A stretch of DNA of 24,460 nt from a virus (taxonomy: Duplodnaviria; Caudoviricetes), in IMG/VR virus record IMGVR_UViG_3300025167_000062, positions 1 through 24,460 of that record, one strand, 5' to 3'. Below, one piece after another: positions 8,989 through 16,499 of this stretch (positions within the stretch are counted from its first letter, which is position 1; the number at the start of each line of letters is the position of its first letter). The notes under the pieces were generated by a model. It was not told where the DNA came from, ran no database searches, and saw only the letters and a list, made by a program, of their open reading frames with translations. A program made the position numbers and the translations under genes.

Positions 8989-9212
8989 TCCCCCTCCACG
9001 AGGTTCCAACAGTCACGCCTGGAGATCGCATGGTCGCACAGGGTATGCCTGGGCAACCAGAACTCCCAAGCCGCTTGGTCCCGGACGTTCAGGGCCTCCA
9101 GCGCCCCCACCCTGGCGAACGCGTGCTCTCCCACGAGCTCGGGCGCACTAAGCTCCGTGAGATGGTTGGCATACTGCGCCTGCCCGCCGGCGTCGTTGTA
9201 CTCGTCCCTCAT
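8985..9212 (-). CDS. Hypothetical protein (75 aa)
   Basis: ATGA-coupled start MRDEY with GAGGAGG SD; fills the gap in the operon. Confidence 0.6.
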   Translation of the reverse strand: MRDEYNDAGGQAQYANHLTELSAPELVGEHAFARVGALEALNVRDQAAWEFWLPRHTLCDHAISRRDCWNLVEGE

Positions 9213-9823
9213 CCTTGGCCTCCTCGCTCTGCCTCGAGCCAGAGCCGCAAACACGCCGTTTGCCACTTCCTGGCTGCGTCCCAGGCTGCGTCCCAGGCTG
9301 CGGCCTTGGCTGCGGCCCAGGCTGCGGCCCTGGCTGCGGCCCAGGCTGCGTCCCTGGCTGCGGCCTTGGCTGCGTCCCAGGCTGCGTCCCTGACTGCGTC
9401 CCAGGCTGCGTCCCTGACTGCGTCCCAGGCTGCGTCCCTGACTGCGTCCCAGGCTGCGGCCCTGGCTGCGACCAACTCGGCACTTGTTGCCTTACCGTAC
9501 GCAAACGCCTCCGCCACTTTGACCGCGTTTCGGGAATACTCATCCAACAGCAGGCCATAAACTACGCGCCCATCCCCAAGTGGCGTTGAGCAAACAAAGT
9601 CACAGGCCAGAAGACGTGCCATTCGCTCGACTTCCTTCGGCTGTGCCGTTGCTTGTAGCGCCCACAACGCGTCGTCCAACCCGTTTAGGTCTAGCACGCG
9701 CTCGATGGTGATAGGCGTATCGACGCCATATCCTCTCCCCAATTTCTTGCGAAGGTGGTCATAACGATCCGAACAGGCGTTGTGTTCTCGAAGCAACCGT
9801 AGGCTTGTTGTTAGTTCAGTCAT
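9209..9823 (-). CDS. Phage protein with A(W/R)DA alanine-rich repeats
   Basis: N-terminus LREHNAC...LNGLDDALWAL...RLLACDF, then AAWDAVRD repeats; a common phage accessory architecture of unknown function; strong SD. Confidence 0.85.
   Translation of the reverse strand: MTELTTSLRLLREHNACSDRYDHLRKKLGRGYGVDTPITIERVLDLNGLDDALWALQATAQPKEVERMARLLACDFVCSTPLGDGRVVYGLLLDEYSRNAVKVAEAFAYGKATSAELVAARAAAWDAVRDAAWDAVRDAAWDAVRDAAWDAAKAAARDAAWAAARAAAWAAAKAAAWDAAWDAARKWQTACLRLWLEAERGGQG
9271..9470. repeat. 12/24-bp coding tandem repeat (ggctgcgtccca / gactgcgtccca-type units)
   Basis: About 16 consecutive 12-bp units visible directly. Confidence 0.95.
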
Positions 9824-9854
9824 CTCTAGCCTCCTCGCTCTGCGATGTGTTCCT

Positions 9855-10070
9855 TTACCATGGATGCCTCCCTACAGCTTCCTTGGGCAACGTGCCCAGC
9901 AGTCGCTCCGTCCCGCCCAACGGCCGGGACCACGCACGAAAGGTGTGGCCCTCCCCGCCGTGCAGACAGAACTCCATGATGATCACCAGGTCACCCAGGT
10001 GCTTGGTACGCCGAACCATGGCTCCACCGCACCGGGCGCACGGGACGAGTGACTCAGTACTTGCGCCCAC
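9855..10070 (-). CDS. Small putative Zn-ribbon protein
   Basis: CARCGG.M...C..GG.GH; start uncertain. Confidence 0.45.
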   Translation of the reverse strand: MGASTESLVPCARCGGAMVRRTKHLGDLVIIMEFCLHGGEGHTFRAWSRPLGGTERLLGTLPKEAVGRHPW

Positions 10071-10464
10071 GATACCCCGCCGGCGTCACGATCTTCGCCC
10101 GTGCGCGCTCCTGCGCCTGCATCTCCCGCACCTTCGCGTCGACCATGTCCCTGGCCACCTCGAGCAGTCCGTACAGCACGACCTTGTCGATCGGCAGATT
10201 CTCCAGGGACAAGGAGATTGCGCCGGGCCCCGTGACCTGGATGATCATGGTAGGGTTGGACTCCCTTGAACCGCCCGGGTCCTTGGCGCTCTCGGGTACG
10301 TTCTCCCGAACCTTGCGCACCGCCTCGTCGATCGCCGCCTGCTTCTCCTCCGGTGTTAGCGCCGCGGGGGTCTCGGTACTAGGCTTGTCACCAGGCTCGG
10401 CGTTCATCCGCTCGAGCTCCTCCGCCGTCGTAGCCTTCTGTTCTGGTTCGTCTACCATTTCCAT
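10054..10464 (-). CDS. Hypothetical protein (acidic N-terminus, C-terminal helical domain ending KIVTP)
   Basis: GAGG SD before ATG 10464; coding-like composition; fits the operon. Confidence 0.7.
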   Translation of the reverse strand: MEMVDEPEQKATTAEELERMNAEPGDKPSTETPAALTPEEKQAAIDEAVRKVRENVPESAKDPGGSRESNPTMIIQVTGPGAISLSLENLPIDKVVLYGLLEVARDMVDAKVREMQAQERARAKIVTPAGYRGRKY

Positions 10465-10721
10465 GTCCTCTCGATGAACTGATACTTGGGCGGCATCTCC
10501 CCGCAAAGGTAGTAGTAACTGGTGATACTCGGCGTGTGCTCTGGGATCGGATCGCCCTCAACCACCGCCGGAAGATCGGGGCATTCTGCGACGAACATGA
10601 AGTCGCCCCGATACACTCCAGGACTCTCCAGCACCCGCACGATCCGAGCATTCGCCGGCATGAACAGCGCCTCACGCAGGAGCTGCTCCGTCACCCGGAA
10701 GATCTGGAGGCGGTCACTCAT
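10452..10721 (-). CDS. Hypothetical protein (89 aa)
   Basis: AAGGAG SD, globular composition, overlaps neighbouring genes. Confidence 0.7.
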   Translation of the reverse strand: MSDRLQIFRVTEQLLREALFMPANARIVRVLESPGVYRGDFMFVAECPDLPAVVEGDPIPEHTPSITSYYYLCGEMPPKYQFIERTWKW

Positions 10722-11445
10722 CGTTGTCTCCTTGTTTGTATCCGCGACTGGCGGCGGCCAGCCCCACGTGCAGGTGCGGGTAACGGGGCTTCCTCACCTT
10801 GACCCCGTCGACGGCCTTCCCCCCATCTCCTTGATCGCTTCCCGCTCCGCCCTCACCAACTGGTTGGTCAGGGCCGACAGCTCGTTGATCGCCCGCGTCA
10901 ACTCCTGCACCGCCTGTGTCGTTCGCGCCAACTGCAACTCCAGCGCCAACGTTTCCTGGCTCATGAAACTCTCCCTCCACCGCGGCGGGGTCTGCAAAGG
11001 CGGACGGATCCGCCAACAGCTGTCCGACGGGTGTATCCTTGATCTCCTCCCACCGTTGGGCGCGCAGCCCCTCGGCGTCGACACTCACGTTTACCTGCAC
11101 CGCCGGCGCCTGCCGGCCGTACACGATCTGACTGACGAACACGAGATCCTTCACGAGACCAACGGCCTTCGGCGAACCCGCCGCGGCCGCCTCCAGCACG
11201 ATACCCCACAGCATATCGAGACGGTCAAGGTCGAGCTGCCGTCGCTCCTCGAGCTCGACCTGGTTCCGCCCCCGCCACCGCCGCACCAGACGGGCCACGA
11301 TTTGGGCGCCGCTCGGCGACCGGATGCCCATGGCCTCGGCCGTGGCCTCCAGCGTCTTGCCGGACACGCGGTACCGAACCGCCTCGCGTTCTCGTTGGCG
11401 GACCGCCTCCTCGGCGGGGGTCAGGGTTCGTTCCAGGGTCTTCAT
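10714..11445 (-). CDS. terS: Terminase small subunit-like HTH protein
   Basis: N-terminal HTH (AVRYRVSGKTLEATAEAMGI.S), then EERRQLDLDRLDML...G..KAV; first gene after a TATAAT promoter and upstream of TerL. The C-terminal ~80 aa are low complexity. Confidence 0.65.
   Translation of the reverse strand: MKTLERTLTPAEEAVRQREREAVRYRVSGKTLEATAEAMGIRSPSGAQIVARLVRRWRGRNQVELEERRQLDLDRLDMLWGIVLEAAAAGSPKAVGLVKDLVFVSQIVYGRQAPAVQVNVSVDAEGLRAQRWEEIKDTPVGQLLADPSAFADPAAVEGEFHEPGNVGAGVAVGANDTGGAGVDAGDQRAVGPDQPVGEGGAGSDQGDGGKAVDGVKVRKPRYPHLHVGLAAASRGYKQGDNDE
10794..10964 (-). CDS. Putative nested coiled-coil protein (56 aa) in an alternative frame of the TerS tail
   Basis: GGAGG SD before ATG; heptad-like MSQETLALELQLARTTQAVQELTRAINELSALTNQLVRAE. 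Confidence 0.5.
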   Translation of the reverse strand: MSQETLALELQLARTTQAVQELTRAINELSALTNQLVRAEREAIKEMGGRPSTGSR

Positions 11446-11460
11446 TCGCGGTTAACACGT

Positions 11461-11469
11461 ATTATACAC
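11461..11469 (-). promoter_or_regulatory. Putative -10 box (GTGTATAAT) for the packaging operon
   Basis: Consensus TATAAT 15 nt upstream of the TerS ATG; no SD between them. Confidence 0.6.
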
Positions 11470-11518
11470 CTGTTTCTCCCGGACCGCCGGGTGTTTCGGC
11501 CGCCCCTGTTCAAATTTG

Positions 11519-11632
11519 GATCTCGTTTACAGTTTTACTTCGAGTAGAAACCCTCATAAGGGGGGTTACCTTACATATAAAGTAACCCCCTCTAAGGAGG
11601 TTTCTTCTCCGGGTAAAACTGTAAACGAGATC
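11519..11632. repeat. 114-bp AT-rich imperfect palindrome (candidate replication origin or packaging site)
   Basis: Perfect 20-bp outer arms gatctcgtttacagttttac (11519-11538) / gtaaaactgtaaacgagatc (11613-11632); inner arms gggggttac / gtaaccccc; 12-nt centre. Confidence 0.9.
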
Positions 11633-11636
11633 GGCT

Positions 11637-13991
11637 CTAGCCTCTCCATTCCGACTCCGCCAGCGCCCTGGCCTGCCACTCCTCCCGGATCCGCAGGCCC
11701 AAGACGGCCCGGACCGTCGTTTCTCCTCGCCCAACGGTCTTGAGAGAGTAGCCCAGAGCCTGGAGCACCTGACTAAGGTCCCGCTTGGTCGGCGGCCACC
11801 TGGTGCTCTGGTTGTCCTTCCACCAGGCGGTCAGAACGTTGTGAAGCTCTCCTAGTGATGCCGACCCCTTCCCGACCTCGGTCGGGTCGTTCCCGGGTAC
11901 CTGCAGCGTGGTGTCCTCCAGAAAGCTCTGCCGCCAGTCCTCGAGCTCCACGAAGGAGTCCGTCCACTCCTGGGTCTTCGCCGGCGGTCGCAGCCCGTTC
12001 TCCCAGACGTCACCGGCGCCCCGGATCGCCCACCCCAGGATCCCCTCGGGTCCCGCCGCCAGGATCTCGTCCATCAGGTGCGGGTTGGCCTCCTCCGCCG
12101 AGCACGTGCTCTCGAACTCGACCACCAGTAGGCGGCGGCGCATCGCCAGGTCCCAGTTGGGCACGACGGGGTACGTGTTCGTGTCCAGCACCACCAGGAC
12201 GGTCGGCGTGAACTCGTGGATGTCCGTATACTTCAGGCGGGCGGCGATCGGGTTGTGCCCTGTGATCTCCTTCACCCGATCCTGCCGCAGTTCGTCCCCC
12301 GGCCCGGGCTCGCTGATCCAGACGAGGCGCCTTCCCTCCAGAAGGGTCAGGGCGTTCTCCAGGTCCACCTCTTGTCGTGGCCGGGACAGGATCACCCGCT
12401 TGTCCGTCGTGCCCGCCAGCTCCGGTCCGAGCACGCTAACGAGCGTGCCGCAGAACGTCCCCTTCCCGTTCCTCCCCCACCCGTGCAGGATCGGAAATAC
12501 CTGCTCGTTGTTCGTCCCGATCAGGGCGTACCCCGCCAGCCGCTGCATGAACGCCGCCAGCTCGGCATCTCCGCCCATCGTCCACGCCACGAACTCTTCC
12601 CACCGGGCGTTAGCGGCGCCCTCGACGTACCTCGTCGGGCAGCGACGGGTGATGTAGTCCTCGATCCGGTCCTCGCGGAACATGCCCGTCGCCAGTTCCA
12701 CCGTACCGTTGGCCACCTTCACCAGCCCGGGCGTCGCGTCGAACCTGATCCCGCTCGCCTCTAGGCTCGTCTCCTCGAAGCCACTGTACGCCTTGATCAC
12801 GTTCCGCATCCACGGATCGTTGCGTAGGTGCTTGGCCTCGTGTACCAACAGCAGACTCCGCCGCCGGGCGCTTCGGGTCTGGGCGATCTCGGCCGGAATG
12901 ATCCGCTGTCGAACGGCCCGAAAGGCGTCGAACACCACCGAGGCCGCGGCGTGCCCCGTCCGCCACACCCCCAGGCGGTGGTCGAAGGCGTACCACGTTC
13001 GGGCCCTGCGATCGAACCACGTTTGCCCCTTCATCACCTGGTGAAGGCGCTTCCCGTCGTCCACGTGCTCGAACCCTATTACCCCGGCGTTCGGGTCGTC
13101 AACGTCGTTGGCACCCTCGTCTGGTGGTTCGGTCTGTCCACCAGCCGAACGACTGCCCCCCAGAATGGCGCCTGCGTACTTCTTCCTTCCGCTCTCGATG
13201 AACCGCCGGAGCCTGGCCTCCTCGATCCCGGTGCCCTGCTGTTCGTTCACCGTCCGCAGAACGGTCATGATCACGTCGTCCGGGTCGCCCCTCGCTACCA
13301 TCCGGGCGGCCTCGTTGCGAAGCCATCCGTGGGCGTCCCCCAACTCGGGGGTCGGTAGGGGCGATAGAACGCGGTTCTCCACCGTCTCCCAGCCTTCCGG
13401 CAGGAGTTCGATCAGCTCGGCTAGGGGCCACGTCCCTTCGGTGTACCGTTCGAAGTCGACCAGGCGGGGCGGATCGTACTTGATGTTCCACGTTCCCGGC
13501 ACGCGCAGCACCCGTGCGAGGTCCTTCGCCTCGGGGTCCGCCCCGACCACGCCGACCCAGGCCGCCTGGATCCTCGTCACCCGTTCCCGGATCCCGTTGG
13601 CGTCCAGGGTCACGGTTTCGTCCAGCATCCAGTAGCAGTGAAAGCCGCCACCGCTGTCGACCACCACGTTCGGGACGGCCGACAGACCGTACACGTGGGC
13701 GAGCGCCTTCCCTCGATCTCCTTCGTATATCTTCCAGTCCACGTCGGCGTACAGGCAGTTGATCGCCGTCACCTCGGCGTTGGTCAGTCTGTTCGTCGCC
13801 GTCCGGCGTGCGGCCATGCCGGAGTGTACCGACCAATAGATGTTCTTCTTGCCCTCGGCAACGGCGATCGATCCTCCCTCGGGGATCCAGATGGTCTTCT
13901 TGTGTCCCTCCGCAAGGCGCTGCCACAAGTAGGCGTCGTGCCCGCCCCGCCGAAGGCGATCGAACAAGGATTGGGTCCGTTCGTCACTCAC
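11637..13991 (-). CDS. Primase-helicase: RepB-like/AEP primase + PriCT-like + D5_N + SF3 helicase (P4-family)
   Basis: LYADVD, VDSGGGFHCYW, DLARVLRVPGT.N.K; NGTVEL.TG, Walker A GWGRNGKGT, L.GRRL...SE, KEITG...I.AR..Y, TN..P, D.AMRRRL. Confidence 0.93.
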   Translation of the reverse strand: MSDERTQSLFDRLRRGGHDAYLWQRLAEGHKKTIWIPEGGSIAVAEGKKNIYWSVHSGMAARRTATNRLTNAEVTAINCLYADVDWKIYEGDRGKALAHVYGLSAVPNVVVDSGGGFHCYWMLDETVTLDANGIRERVTRIQAAWVGVVGADPEAKDLARVLRVPGTWNIKYDPPRLVDFERYTEGTWPLAELIELLPEGWETVENRVLSPLPTPELGDAHGWLRNEAARMVARGDPDDVIMTVLRTVNEQQGTGIEEARLRRFIESGRKKYAGAILGGSRSAGGQTEPPDEGANDVDDPNAGVIGFEHVDDGKRLHQVMKGQTWFDRRARTWYAFDHRLGVWRTGHAAASVVFDAFRAVRQRIIPAEIAQTRSARRRSLLLVHEAKHLRNDPWMRNVIKAYSGFEETSLEASGIRFDATPGLVKVANGTVELATGMFREDRIEDYITRRCPTRYVEGAANARWEEFVAWTMGGDAELAAFMQRLAGYALIGTNNEQVFPILHGWGRNGKGTFCGTLVSVLGPELAGTTDKRVILSRPRQEVDLENALTLLEGRRLVWISEPGPGDELRQDRVKEITGHNPIAARLKYTDIHEFTPTVLVVLDTNTYPVVPNWDLAMRRRLLVVEFESTCSAEEANPHLMDEILAAGPEGILGWAIRGAGDVWENGLRPPAKTQEWTDSFVELEDWRQSFLEDTTLQVPGNDPTEVGKGSASLGELHNVLTAWWKDNQSTRWPPTKRDLSQVLQALGYSLKTVGRGETTVRAVLGLRIREEWQARALAESEWRG

Positions 13992-15004
13992 TCGGCCTCC
14001 GGCACGTCATCGAACGCGTTGGGTTGGGTTACCCACTCGCCGTTCTTCCACTCCTGAAGGACAAAGTCGGCTCCGTTGGGGGGCAAAACGTATCGGGTAG
14101 TTTCGTGTGGCGTTTCTTCCTTCTCTTCGGTCGGGATGACCTCGGCCTCGGTACGGCGGGTGACCCACTTGCCGTCGATGAGGTCCTGGAGCACCATCCC
14201 GTAGTCGTTGGTCCCCTCGGGAACGACCACGCCGTCCCTTAGCTTGAGCCTGTTGCGTTTCTGAAACCCGCTGTAGTCGACCAGGTGCTGGGGGCGGCCC
14301 CACCGCTCGGTGATCCGGGTAACGTCGGGGTGCTGTTCGACCAGCGACTCGGCCATCCGTAAACGACCCTCGTCCTGGTAGAGCTCGGTCAGGTTACCTC
14401 CCTTCATCGTCATCGTCTGCATCTTGGCGGCGAGGAAGGTGTTGAACAATACCGTGCACCAACCGTCCTTGAGCGCCCGCAATGATAGGTCGGTATCCTC
14501 GTTGTACCGGCCCCGCCATCGGTACGGTAGATCGTTTCGGATCAGGATGCAAGAGTAGATTCGGGTGTTTAGGTAGAACGGAGGCATCGCTACCCGTCGA
14601 ACCGCGAACATGAAGTATTGGAATCCGGACAACGCCACGTTTTCGTACCGATCGGTGAAGTCCTCGGCCGCTCGAAAGATCGTTCCGGACGATACCTTGA
14701 TCTTCATGTTGCGGTTCATGCGACAGAACTTCTGGATGTTGTCGTCCAGAATCCAGTGCCGTTCGGCTCCCGCCGCGATGGAATGCTCCCAGACGAAGTT
14801 GCGAACCGGAATGGAGCCCTGTCCGAGGTTGGAGAAGGGCGTCGTGATGATCTTCGCCGGATCGATGACCGCCGCGTATTCGTCGTATTCCTGGGGCTCG
14901 ACCACGATGGAGTAGGGCACCCCGAGTTGTTCTAGTGCCCTTGACGTCATACGGCTCTTGGCCCGCCCCTTTGAGATCACGTAAACAGGGTATTTGGGGT
15001 TCAC
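13988..15004 (-). CDS. TET-associated glycosyltransferase (TAGT/GREB1-like, GT-A fold)
   Basis: PVYVISKGR, IVVEPQEY..Y, RNFVWEH, HWILDDNI (DxD-like), N.RIYSCILI, RGRYNEDTDLSL...K.G.CT..FN, MKGGN; GTG start overlaps the upstream stop. Confidence 0.85.
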   Translation of the reverse strand: MNPKYPVYVISKGRAKSRMTSRALEQLGVPYSIVVEPQEYDEYAAVIDPAKIITTPFSNLGQGSIPVRNFVWEHSIAAGAERHWILDDNIQKFCRMNRNMKIKVSSGTIFRAAEDFTDRYENVALSGFQYFMFAVRRVAMPPFYLNTRIYSCILIRNDLPYRWRGRYNEDTDLSLRALKDGWCTVLFNTFLAAKMQTMTMKGGNLTELYQDEGRLRMAESLVEQHPDVTRITERWGRPQHLVDYSGFQKRNRLKLRDGVVVPEGTNDYGMVLQDLIDGKWVTRRTEAEVIPTEEKEETPHETTRYVLPPNGADFVLQEWKNGEWVTQPNAFDDVPEAE

Positions 15005-15348
15005 GACGTCTCCTCGTCGGCGTACCGCATGTACTTGAACTCCATGGGATCCTTCTGGGGGTACCACATGAACCGGGTTCGACGGCCGATGGGCTGGTCG
15101 ACCAGCTTGGCGAAGGAGTCGAGGGCAGCCTGGGAGTCGAAGTGTACGACGATCTGTTTCCAGGATTGGATGTCTTCCTGTTCGTACTCGGGCATGCCCT
15201 TCCATTCCAGGTCGGCCAACCGAAAGTCGTCAGGATCTCCGAACAAGGTACTTTGAACGAGTTCCCTTTCCGGAACACGGAGCAAAGAGTCGTCGGGCAT
15301 CTCTGGTCGCGGCGGGGAGGAAAACAGCAAACCCTGTTGTTCGTTCAT
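15001..15348 (-). CDS. Small TAGT-associated phage protein
   Basis: EWKGMPEYEQED...IVVHF......FAKLVDQ......MWYP, a motif I recall adjacent to phage TAGT genes; translationally coupled to TAGT. Confidence 0.7.
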   Translation of the reverse strand: MNEQQGLLFSSPPRPEMPDDSLLRVPERELVQSTLFGDPDDFRLADLEWKGMPEYEQEDIQSWKQIVVHFDSQAALDSFAKLVDQPIGRRTRFMWYPQKDPMEFKYMRYADEETS

Positions 15349-15680
15349 CCTCCGATCCCTTCCGGTACCGGCGGTGCCTTCACCGGTCCGTACCACGCCA
15401 CCACGCCCTCCAGATAGAACTCGTGCTCCACCTCGTAGCCGTTCACCGGCCAGCTAATACTCACGCTCCCGGATTCAATAGTCGCCTCGGCCATCGTGAC
15501 CTCCGGTTCGATCCTATTGAACTGCGCGGCTTCCCGGTCCACTTGGACTTGTGTCCAGTACCTATTCACCGCAGGGGGCGGCATGCCCCGACGCGCTAGG
15601 ATAAAGTACCATCCCGACCGAGTTGGGTGTTCCGTCGACCACTTCGGGCGTTCCATTACGGCAGTTCCTTTAGGTGCCAT
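15345..15680 (-). CDS. Hypothetical phage protein (W...P..SGWY...AWYGP..PP)
   Basis: GGAGG SD; ATGA overlap with the next gene. Confidence 0.75.
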   Translation of the reverse strand: MAPKGTAVMERPKWSTEHPTRSGWYFILARRGMPPPAVNRYWTQVQVDREAAQFNRIEPEVTMAEATIESGSVSISWPVNGYEVEHEFYLEGVVAWYGPVKAPPVPEGIGG

Positions 15681-15943
15681 GTTCTCTCCTCCACTATCTT
15701 GTCGCATACCGGATCGCGTGCGGAGTACCTACCCCTGACCGTAGCCACAGCGTGGTGCACCTCGCACAGGACCACTAGGTCATCGCTCGACTCGCGGTCG
15801 AGGGTCTCGTAGTGCCTGTGGTGGACCTCCAGGTCCCGGTCGTCGCCGCACATGGGCCATTCACACGCGCCGCCGGTCATCATCAGCATCCTCGCCCGGA
15901 TGCGGCGCCACCGCTGCGAGCGAAGGTATGCCCGATAGTTCAC
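15656..15943 (-). CDS. HNH endonuclease
   Basis: Y..YLRS..WR..R, C...C, LEVHH..Y, DLVVLC..HH. Confidence 0.85.
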   Translation of the reverse strand: MNYRAYLRSQRWRRIRARMLMMTGGACEWPMCGDDRDLEVHHRHYETLDRESSDDLVVLCEVHHAVATVRGRYSARDPVCDKIVEERTWHLKELP

Positions 15944-15974
15944 CTCTCCTTCGGACCTTCCACTCTTTCGGTGA

Positions 15975-16499
15975 TCATTCTCGTACCACTCCCTTCGAGT
16001 TGCGCCAATCGCTCGGCGCCCAGACGGCGGGCCGCAGGATCGCGGGGTCCTTTAGCCACCGTTCCCGCCCGGTCAACAGCTCTCTGTCCAGGAGCGCCCG
16101 GACGTACCGGTGGACGATCTCGTACCCCGGGCCCGTGTTGTCCAGGATGCACACCTGGGCCCGCAGGAATGGCGGCCAGTGCCCGTTGTCGACGTCGCCC
16201 CGGGCGCAGTGCGACAGTTCGTGGATCCCGGTGCCCTCGCAGATGTTGCCGATCGTCAGCTCCATCTTCGCCGTTGTCCTTTTGTCGTGGCAGGCCGACA
16301 TCCTGTCCCACGACGGGATGTGCGTCCACGAGATGTGCTGGACGCCGGCAATCTCTTCTTCCCACCACTCCTCCCGGAGGATGGCGTCGGACCAGAGCTG
16401 GAGGTCGGCGATGCCCGTGAACGGACGCATGGCCGCTACGCCCGCCGCCCACTCGGCGTCGTACACCAGGTCGGCGCGAAGTGAAGGATTTTCGATCAC
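15975..16499 (-). CDS. HExxH Zn-metallohydrolase (SprT-like / Rv0185-TIGR04338-like)
   Basis: R...VYDAE N-terminus; IHELSH...GHWPPF; GTGA-coupled start. Confidence 0.7.
   Translation of the reverse strand: MIENPSLRADLVYDAEWAAGVAAMRPFTGIADLQLWSDAILREEWWEEEIAGVQHISWTHIPSWDRMSACHDKRTTAKMELTIGNICEGTGIHELSHCARGDVDNGHWPPFLRAQVCILDNTGPGYEIVHRYVRALLDRELLTGRERWLKDPAILRPAVWAPSDWRNSKGVVRE

Noticed and set aside
8825-9031. N-terminal extension of TerL, and similar extensions of TAGT, ligase, nuclease and NDT ORFs
   Set aside because: They overlap better upstream genes; coupled ATGA/GTGA starts with SD sites give cleaner boundaries.
9148-9589. Repeat region as a CRISPR array or as alternative-frame repeat proteins (QPGT/GCVP)
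   Set aside because: Contiguous 12-bp units without unique spacers; fully explained by the AWDA-repeat CDS.
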